Below, piece by piece: positions 56,846 to 64,000 of a DNA stretch of 64,000 bases. Location: the NCBI GenBank assembly GCA_964474445.1, contig CAYYSJ010000003.1:81597-145596 (forward strand). Direction: 5' to 3'. The notes beneath the pieces are model-generated. The model saw only the letters and a program-made list of their open reading frames with translations. It had not been told where the DNA came from and ran no database searches. This DNA is from an uncultured Gammaproteobacteria bacterium (GTDB lineage Bacteria > Patescibacteriota > Microgenomatia > Levybacterales > UBA12049). Position 1 is the first letter of the stretch. Every line of letters begins with the position of its first letter. The position numbers and the translations under genes were made by a program.

Positions 56846-59392
56846 ATGACAGAAAGACTTTTTCCAACAATTACTCCAACACATTACAGTATTTCTCTTG
56901 CTCCTGATTTAGAAAAGTTTGTTTTTGAGGGAGAAGAGACTATCACGTTTACAACAAAAGAGGTTTCCTCAAGATTACTATTTCATGCGTATGAATTACA
57001 GGTTAACAAAGCAACATTTATTGTTGAGAATACTCGTTATACACCAAAAGAAATAACCTATGATAGTACAGAAAAAACAGTCACCTTTGTTTTTCCGGAA
57101 GATCTTCCTGCAGGAGAAAAAACAGTAGTGCTGTCATTTACTGGTGTTTTGAGTGAAAAGGCAAAGGGATTCTATCGTAGTCGATATGATGTAAATGGTC
57201 AAACAAAATACATGGCTGTTACCCAATTCGAAGAAATTGGTGCAAGACAAGCATTTGTTTGTATTGACGACCCTGCAGCAAAGGCTATTTTTGACATATC
57301 TCTTATTGTTGATAAGAAATTAACAGCTGTTTCTAATACGAAAGAGGCTGCTGAAGACATATTAGCTGATGGACGTAAAAAAGTAACATTTGCACCAACT
57401 CCTACAATGTCCACCTATATCCTTGCTTTTATTGTCGGGGAATTAGAATATGAAGAGGCAGTGTCAGAAGGGATACGCGTTCGAGCATACACCACAGAAG
57501 GGAAAAAAGAACTGACACGATTTGCGTTGGATGTTGCAACAAAAGCATTAGCATTTTTTAATGATTATTTTGCAATTGATTATCCACTGACCAAATTAGA
57601 TCTGCTAGCGATTCCTGATTTTGACGCAGGAGCGATGGAGAATTGGGGAGCGGTGACATTTCGAGAATCTATTCTTCTTATTGATGAAAAAAAATCATCT
57701 TCTGCCAACAAACAGTGGGGGTCACTCGTTGTTGCTCATGAATTAGCGCATATGTGGTTTGGTAATTTGGTTACGATGGAGTGGTGGACAGATATATGGC
57801 TCAATGAAGGCTTTGCTGTTTTCATTGAATATATGTCGATCAACAAGCTCTTTCCCCAGTGGGATATTTGGAAACAATTCTCTCTTGTTGAACACAATGG
57901 AGCGCTCAAATTAGATAGTCTTAAATTTACCCATCCTATTGAAGTCCCTATTGATTCAGACCAAAAGGTGAAAGAAATCTTTGATGAAATAAGCTACGCG
58001 AAAGGAGCGAATGTTATTTATATGTTAGCTTCTTATCTAGGAGAAGAAGTATTTCGTGATGGACTCCGTTACTATTTAAAAAAATATGCATATCAAAATG
58101 CCAAGACGCAAGATCTATGGAAAGCTTTAGAAGAAGTTTCTAAGCAGCCTGTTGGTAAAATCATGAGGGATTGGACACAGAAACCAGGGTATCCAGTTCT
58201 TCATGTTGCAGAAAAAGCTGGACAAGTCTCTCTTCATCAGTCACGGTTTTTTGCAAATCCATCCTCACAAACAACTGAAAAGACAATCTGGAATCTTCCC
58301 ATGAGAGTTCTTTCAGCGAACAAGCACGAAGGAGATCCAGTACTCATGGAAGAAGAAGACACATCACTTCCTGCAAACAATGATTGGATAAAATTGAATG
58401 CAGGAGAAACTGCACTTGTGCGCTCCCTCTATTCACAGGATTTGTACCAAAGATTAGGAGAGCCAATTCAGACAAAGAAACTCTCTGCTGTTGATAGAAT
58501 GGGTCTTATTCGAGATGCGTTTGATAGTGCAGAAGCAGGACTTCTCCCTTCAAGTCATGCTTTGCAACTGCTTGAGTATTACAAGCAGGAAAACGATTAT
58601 ATTGTCTGGAGTACTCTTGCTGGTCAGTTAGGTTCTTTGGAAAATATTATTGTCCACGTCCATGGGTTGGAAGACAGATTTATTGTCTATGCACGAGAAA
58701 TCTTTACTCCTATTGCAGAAAAAATGGGTTGGGAGAAAAAAGACGGGGAGTCTCATACTGATATTTTACTTCGAAGTATGGCTCTTGGTGCTGCAGGGAA
58801 ATATGGTAACGAAGAAGTTATTGCAAAAGCACGCACTCTTTTTACTGACTTTGTTGAGAATGGAAAAGAGATTGATTCTGATATTCGAGGTGTTGTCATT
58901 GCTCTTGTTGGAGAGCATGGTGGGAAGAAAGAGTGGGAGACTCTGGTAGGGTTATATGAAAAAGAGTCGTTGCAGCAAGAAAAAAATAGGTACATGCTTG
59001 GTCTCACACAATTTAGAAAACCAGAACTTATCCAAAAGACGCTTGAGTATCTCCTCACCGACAATGTGCGCTGGCAAGATAAATCACGATGGGTGATGAC
59101 AGTCTTTGGTAATCAAAAGGGACAACAGTTGGCATGGGAATTTGTAAAAAAACATTGGGATATGTTTGAAAAGGCATATAAAGGACTACATGGATTTAGT
59201 CGGCTAATTGAAGGAGCAGGGGATATGGTCGGGAAAGAACAGCTAGCGGATGTAATGGAGTTTTTTGCGAAACATCCTGTTGAAGAGGTTGAGAGAACAA
59301 TGAGTCAGGTTGTGGAAAGAATCGAGCTGAATACTGCATGGCTTGAAAGAGATAGGGAAAAACTCACACAGTTTTTTGAGAGTAATCAGTAG
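56846..59392 (+). CDS. pepN: M1 family aminopeptidase (PepN/puromycin-sensitive type)
   Basis: GAMENWG, HELAH..WLNEGFA, SYAKG, ERAP1-like C-terminus. Confidence 0.93.
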   Translation: MTERLFPTITPTHYSISLAPDLEKFVFEGEETITFTTKEVSSRLLFHAYELQVNKATFIVENTRYTPKEITYDSTEKTVTFVFPEDLPAGEKTVVLSFTGVLSEKAKGFYRSRYDVNGQTKYMAVTQFEEIGARQAFVCIDDPAAKAIFDISLIVDKKLTAVSNTKEAAEDILADGRKKVTFAPTPTMSTYILAFIVGELEYEEAVSEGIRVRAYTTEGKKELTRFALDVATKALAFFNDYFAIDYPLTKLDLLAIPDFDAGAMENWGAVTFRESILLIDEKKSSSANKQWGSLVVAHELAHMWFGNLVTMEWWTDIWLNEGFAVFIEYMSINKLFPQWDIWKQFSLVEHNGALKLDSLKFTHPIEVPIDSDQKVKEIFDEISYAKGANVIYMLASYLGEEVFRDGLRYYLKKYAYQNAKTQDLWKALEEVSKQPVGKIMRDWTQKPGYPVLHVAEKAGQVSLHQSRFFANPSSQTTEKTIWNLPMRVLSANKHEGDPVLMEEEDTSLPANNDWIKLNAGETALVRSLYSQDLYQRLGEPIQTKKLSAVDRMGLIRDAFDSAEAGLLPSSHALQLLEYYKQENDYIVWSTLAGQLGSLENIIVHVHGLEDRFIVYAREIFTPIAEKMGWEKKDGESHTDILLRSMALGAAGKYGNEEVIAKARTLFTDFVENGKEIDSDIRGVVIALVGEHGGKKEWETLVGLYEKESLQQEKNRYMLGLTQFRKPELIQKTLEYLLTDNVRWQDKSRWVMTVFGNQKGQQLAWEFVKKHWDMFEKAYKGLHGFSRLIEGAGDMVGKEQLADVMEFFAKHPVEEVERTMSQVVERIELNTAWLERDREKLTQFFESNQ

Positions 59393-59486
59393 TTTACAGG
59401 ACATTTTCTCTTTGTCACTTTTGAGGCTTTTGTGACTCATCCTATTTTATTTTTCCAAAAGAAATAGTATAATAGATCATACTTTT

Positions 59487-60041
59487 ATGATTTCAGTAAA
59501 CGAATTACGGGCTGGTGTTATTTATGAAGACCAAGGGAATCTTCTTCAGGTCCTTTCTTTCGAACATATTAAGATGGGACGAGGAAGTGCAACCATTAAA
59601 GTGAAAGTAAAAAATCTCAGAAGTGGCTCTATCTCTGAAAAGTCTTTTGTTAACAACCAAAAAGTCCAAGACGTTCAAGTCTTAAAGAAAGAAATGCAAT
59701 ATCTCTATCAAGATGAGGAGAGTGTCTATTTCATGAATCCACAAGATTTTGAACAGGTTGCTATCCCATTAAAAATTGTTGGAGAAGCGCAATTTTTGAA
59801 AGAAGGGGAGTCATATCCAATTGCCTTTCATGGTGAAGAAGCACTTTCTATCCAACTTCCTCCAAAGGTAGAATTAAAAGTAACCGAAACAGCACCTGGA
59901 GTAAAGGGAAATTCAGCATCAAATGTTTTCAAAGATGCGATCATGGAAAATGGTATGACGGTAAAAGTACCACTTTTTATCGATGTAGGAGATAAAATCC
60001 GCGTTGATACCCGAACAGGTGAGTATACAGAGCGCGCCTAA
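59487..60041 (+). CDS. efp: Elongation factor P
   Basis: HIKMGRGSA, KVPLFIDVGDKIRVDTRTGEYTERA. Confidence 0.96.
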   Translation: MISVNELRAGVIYEDQGNLLQVLSFEHIKMGRGSATIKVKVKNLRSGSISEKSFVNNQKVQDVQVLKKEMQYLYQDEESVYFMNPQDFEQVAIPLKIVGEAQFLKEGESYPIAFHGEEALSIQLPPKVELKVTETAPGVKGNSASNVFKDAIMENGMTVKVPLFIDVGDKIRVDTRTGEYTERA

Positions 60042-60130
60042 TAGAGTGAAAAGGAGAGTAAGTGAGATATTGGGTGCAAGAAAGGAACATCACGTAATAT
60101 CTTATTCTCTTACGACCTGAGTATCTCACT

Positions 60131-61390
60131 ATGAACAACAATCTTCTGCTTGCCCTGCAAAACCGTCCATTTCTATTTCTTTGGCTCGCTGAGGTTCTCT
60201 CTCAAGTTGCTTCAAACATGACCAATTTTATTCTTCTGTTGGTCGTATTTTCCTTAACGCATTCAAATACTGCAGTTTCGGGTATTATGCTTGCATTCTT
60301 ACTTCCAGCTATTCTGCTTGGTATTATTGCTGGAGTGTATGTTGATAGAAAAGATAAAAAGCATGTTCTTACTGTTACCAATGTGGTAAGAGGAATCATC
60401 TTACTGCTTCTTGCAACATTGCACTCAAATGTTTTAGGAGTGTATATCCTCACCTTTGTTGTTGCTGCAGCAACACAATTTTTTATTCCTGCAGAGACGC
60501 CGATGATTCCACTTTTGGTTGAGAAACATTTGCTTCTTTCTGCAAATGCACTGTTTGGTCTTGCATTTTATGGATCGTTACTGATTGCTTATGCTTTATC
60601 AGGGCCATTCCTTATCTATTTTGGGCCACAACGTGCATTCGTCGTCCTTGCTGGTATGTTTTTTGTCGGAGCACTCTTTGCAAGCCTTATTAGGAGGTCT
60701 TCTGTAGTCAAGAAAAAATCAAAGGAAGGGACAAATCTTACCTTTGCCTCAGAGATCAAAATGGCTCTTTCTCTTATTTTCACTATCCGGAATATTTATC
60801 ATTCTTTCTTAATGCTTGCACTTTCTCAGATTCTTGTGCTGGTAATTGCAGTGTTGGGACCAGGATTTGCAACGAGCATTCTCCATATTCCCGTCAATAC
60901 CTTTCCATTGCTTTTTGTAACCCCAGCAGCAATAGGCATGGGGGTTGGCGCATTTATTATTATCAATTTTTTCCAGCATCGCAATCGTGCAAAGGTCACC
61001 AATTTAGGACTTTTGACAACTGCCATAACATTATTCCTTCTCACCTTTATTAACAATATTACTCACGCACATATTGTTGAGAGTATCAATAGATTCCTTC
61101 CAACACTTTTGCAGATTAATTTACTGCATACAATGGTAGCTCTTGCATTTTTATCGGGGGTTGCAAACGCATTGATCTTTGTGCCTTCGAACACACTTAT
61201 TCAAGAAGAAACATCAGACGAAGTGCGGGGGAAAATTTATGGAGCATTAAATGCGATGATTGCTTTATTATCACTGGTGCCAATTATTGCAGTTGGGTCA
61301 CTAGCTGATATATTTGGTATAGGGGTGGTTTTACTCATTATTGCAATTAGTGTTATTATTATTGGCGTTGCCAGGTTATTTATTTCATAG
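60131..61390 (+). CDS. MFS transporter (MFS_3/DHA3-like)
   Basis: FLWLAEVLSQ, AGVYVDR, FFIPAE, RGKIYG. Confidence 0.88.
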   Translation: MNNNLLLALQNRPFLFLWLAEVLSQVASNMTNFILLLVVFSLTHSNTAVSGIMLAFLLPAILLGIIAGVYVDRKDKKHVLTVTNVVRGIILLLLATLHSNVLGVYILTFVVAAATQFFIPAETPMIPLLVEKHLLLSANALFGLAFYGSLLIAYALSGPFLIYFGPQRAFVVLAGMFFVGALFASLIRRSSVVKKKSKEGTNLTFASEIKMALSLIFTIRNIYHSFLMLALSQILVLVIAVLGPGFATSILHIPVNTFPLLFVTPAAIGMGVGAFIIINFFQHRNRAKVTNLGLLTTAITLFLLTFINNITHAHIVESINRFLPTLLQINLLHTMVALAFLSGVANALIFVPSNTLIQEETSDEVRGKIYGALNAMIALLSLVPIIAVGSLADIFGIGVVLLIIAISVIIIGVARLFIS

Positions 61391-61392
61391 CT

Positions 61393-62067
61393 ATGATTGT
61401 TCTTGTTGGTTTTATTGTATTTCTTCTGAGCTTGTATTTGTTTACTCGTGAGGATTTTGTCTTTGTTCGGAAGAATGTCAGTATTGAGGATATTTTTGAT
61501 ACGGCATTTCTGACTGCTCTTGTTGCGCTGTTTTTTGCACGAAGTATTTTTGTAGCACTTCACTTTAAAACAACGTATCTGAATCCACTCGTCTTTTTTC
61601 TTATCCCATATTTCCCAGGCCTTGATATCAGTGGAACAATTTTTGGCGGATTTTTCTTTTTGCTCTGGGTTGCTCGCAGGAAAAAAATTCCGCTAGGACA
61701 TATTGTTGATGTGTTTTCTGTAAGTTTTTTGTACGCCTTCTCAACCACATTGCTTGGATATAGCATTATGTCTTTTGTTCATCGTCAATTATTAGCTGGG
61801 ATCGTGAATGGAGTATGGGGAATTATCTCACTTGCACTTGCTATTCTTTTTGGATCAATTCTCATGAAGTCCATGTGGAAAGATTGGAGTATGACTGCTG
61901 TTGTGGTAGCCGTACTTTCCATTGTTCTCCTTATTATTCGAAGCGTTCTGATGTTTTTTCAAAAGCCATTTATGCTGGATAAAGAGCTTGTTATTATCTT
62001 CTTACTGCTTGTTGGGGCAGGAGTGTTAGGGATAGGGAGAAAATTCATCCAGAGGAGTATGCTCTAA
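61393..62067 (+). CDS. Lgt-like (prolipoprotein diacylglyceryl transferase-related) membrane protein
   Basis: ALFFAR...PGLDISGTIFGG...D pattern; divergent. Confidence 0.55.
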   Translation: MIVLVGFIVFLLSLYLFTREDFVFVRKNVSIEDIFDTAFLTALVALFFARSIFVALHFKTTYLNPLVFFLIPYFPGLDISGTIFGGFFFLLWVARRKKIPLGHIVDVFSVSFLYAFSTTLLGYSIMSFVHRQLLAGIVNGVWGIISLALAILFGSILMKSMWKDWSMTAVVVAVLSIVLLIIRSVLMFFQKPFMLDKELVIIFLLLVGAGVLGIGRKFIQRSML

Positions 62068-62832
62068 ATGCAATTTCAAGAGCCATCAATTATCTATGAA
62101 GATACTGATCTGCTTGTTGTGAATAAGCCTGCTGGTCTTATTGTGAACAGATCTGATACAACAACGCATGAGGGAACATTGCAAGACTTTGTTGAAAAAT
62201 ACCTTCATCTTCCACAAAATCCCTATATAAAAAAACAAACAACTGAAGGAGCATATCCAACAGTAGAAGAAGTGTTTCATGATCGCTCAGGTATTGTTCA
62301 TAGACTTGATAAAGAAACTTCAGGCATTATTTTGGTCGCAAAAAATCCACAGACATTTTCAGAGCTTCAGAGGCAGTTTAAAGAGCGTTTAGTACACAAA
62401 ACCTATCAAGCACTCGCTCATGGTAAAATCGCGCCTTCTGAAGGAGAAATCAATGTGCCTGTTGGAAGGCTTGAATATAATAGGATGCGCTTTGGAGTGG
62501 TAGCAGGAGGTAGGGAGTCAGTAACTCATTACAAAGTTTTGCATACATATATAGATCCAAAGACAAAAGAGCCCTTAACACTTGTAGAGTTGTATCCTAA
62601 AACAGGCAGAACTCATCAAATTCGTGTTCATTTAAAGTATTTGAATAGACCAATTTTTGGAGATGAGTTATATGCTGGGCGTAAAACTGCAAGAGCAGAT
62701 AGAAAAATACTAGAAAGAGTTTTTTTGCACGCAGCAGCAATTACCTTTTTGCACCCAACAACGCACAAAGAAATGCATTTTGAAGCCCCACTGCCAGAAG
62801 AGCTAGAAGATGTCTTAGAGAGATTTAGCTAA
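62068..62832 (+). CDS. RluA-family pseudouridine synthase
   Basis: NKPAGL, GIVHRLDKETSG, KTGRTHQIRVH, LHA. Confidence 0.95.
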   Translation: MQFQEPSIIYEDTDLLVVNKPAGLIVNRSDTTTHEGTLQDFVEKYLHLPQNPYIKKQTTEGAYPTVEEVFHDRSGIVHRLDKETSGIILVAKNPQTFSELQRQFKERLVHKTYQALAHGKIAPSEGEINVPVGRLEYNRMRFGVVAGGRESVTHYKVLHTYIDPKTKEPLTLVELYPKTGRTHQIRVHLKYLNRPIFGDELYAGRKTARADRKILERVFLHAAAITFLHPTTHKEMHFEAPLPEELEDVLERFS

Positions 62833-63229
62833 CTGCATCATTTGTAGTGCCGTGCTCTTCATTCAGAAGAGACCCATGTTCTGCAAGCCATTTTCCAAAA
62901 AGTGCTTCGTTTGACGTTGGATCAAAGGACCCAATATGGTCATGAGCGCCGTTCCCTGCAGGTTGTAATCTCTCTCTTACATTCTGTAACTGTTTGCCAG
63001 TTCCATTAGGTACGCTGCCTTGTTGATCTCTATCAAATTGATGTGCTTGTGCTATCTCTCTTAAAGATTCTAATTCTTTATTTTGATTTGGAGTTGTTGT
63101 CTGTCCATCATTCTCAGGGATAGGGACGTCGTGTGTACGAGCATGTCGCTGGCGCAGTTTAAGAAGGTTCTGATATCCAGCATCTCCTTCTTGAAACGGG
63201 TTTTTATTTGGTAAATCATGTCTTCCCAT
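62825..63229 (-). CDS. Hypothetical protein
   Basis: ATG 63229 (MGRHDLP); C-terminal FGKWLAEHG. Confidence 0.5.
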   Translation of the reverse strand: MGRHDLPNKNPFQEGDAGYQNLLKLRQRHARTHDVPIPENDGQTTTPNQNKELESLREIAQAHQFDRDQQGSVPNGTGKQLQNVRERLQPAGNGAHDHIGSFDPTSNEALFGKWLAEHGSLLNEEHGTTNDAVS

Positions 63230-63315
63230 ACTATATATCCTTGTTAGCTTATTGGTACTTACATTTGCCGATAGAAGAGCTGCAGTCTCTTCTGAATCAG
63301 CTATCCAAAGAGTAA

Positions 63316-63582
63316 TTACGCACTCCACTCATCTAACATGCCGTGTTCTACCAGCCATCTTGTAAATCGTAATCTTCTTAATGTAGCTTGCCCTTCTCTT
63401 ACTTCTTGGCTAGTTGCGAATTTGTCGGCAGTGTGAATTACCCTTGATGCTTCATAAGGAGTAAGGCCTTTCGCTACTAATGCTCTCACTTCGGAATCAT
63501 GTTGACTTCCTCCAAAACCTCCTCTATCAGGAGTTTGTCGTAATGGTTGTATTCTTAGTCTTCCCATTTCATGAATATTCAT
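63316..63582 (-). CDS. Small hypothetical protein
   Basis: Strong SD GAGGAGGTG before ATG 63582; C-terminal RRLRFTRWLVEHGMLDE. Confidence 0.6.
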   Translation of the reverse strand: MNIHEMGRLRIQPLRQTPDRGGFGGSQHDSEVRALVAKGLTPYEASRVIHTADKFATSQEVREGQATLRRLRFTRWLVEHGMLDEWSA

Positions 63583-63862
63583 TTTCTTCACCTCCTCTCA
63601 AAAATTCCTCAAAAAAAATCTCCCGTTTTGTGGGGAGACTTCATCGTCTGTATGCACGAAAAATCCCCCTATTGAAGGAGAATCATGTGCTTTGTTGTTA
63701 CCGTAATCGTCATATCAGAAAGAGCATATCAGCCTCAAATATGTTTGTCAAGGCCGATTTTGTATGTCTTTTTTATAAGGTATATGTGCATTATTACTAT
63801 TTTCTTCTTGCCAAGAGGATTGCGTTTGAGTAATATTGATATATCCTAAAGGGGGTGAGATT

Positions 63863-64000
63863 ATGGGAGGATTTGGAGGATTTAACGAAAAGAAAAAGAA
63901 AAAACAGAAACAGGGTGATAAGAAAAACCAATCCATGTTTTCAAACGCACCTGTTTTTGTTGCACCATCAGTAATTAAAAAAGAAAAGAAAGAAGAATAA
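63863..64000 (+). CDS. Small basic protein (45 aa)
   Basis: SD-like GGGGGTGA, then MGGFGGFNEKKKKKQK...APVFVAPSVIKKEKKEE*. Confidence 0.55.
   Translation: MGGFGGFNEKKKKKQKQGDKKNQSMFSNAPVFVAPSVIKKEKKEE

Overview
AT-rich bacterial chromosome segment, standard genetic code. It most likely comes from a CPR/Patescibacteria (Microgenomates-like) genome, inferred from many lineage-specific orphans, a short RF1, -10 boxes just upstream of ATGs and few Shine-Dalgarno sites. Core genes: ychF, rpsF-ssb-rpsR, S41 and HtrA proteases, murB, prfA, rpmE, hisS, dnaB, M1 aminopeptidase, efp, an RluA-family synthase and tRNA-Leu(CAA). Two systems stand out. (1) An apparently histidine-controlled operon at 35.6-41.6 kb: a TrpR/YerC(HisR)-like repressor with palindromic operators in its own promoter, then a His-His leader-peptide attenuator, a nucleoside hydrolase, a HAD phosphatase fused to a CntK-like racemase, an M20 hydrolase and hisS. 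This is a candidate undescribed histidine-salvage pathway. (2) An array of four direct ~27-bp repeats at 52.2-55.5 kb, downstream of tRNA-Leu. The repeats delimit 1-2-gene modules (class IV aminotransferase; NUDIX; NTase + HIT; vapBC with a dead toxin), an integron-like layout with no attC sites or integrase in view. Also seen: GH5-GH114, DUF1800-DUF1501 and BON-methyltransferase fusions, an Rpf protein, an ECF sigma/anti-sigma pair with a duplicated promoter motif, and a degenerate PP2C. All calls are from motif reading only; no database searches were run.
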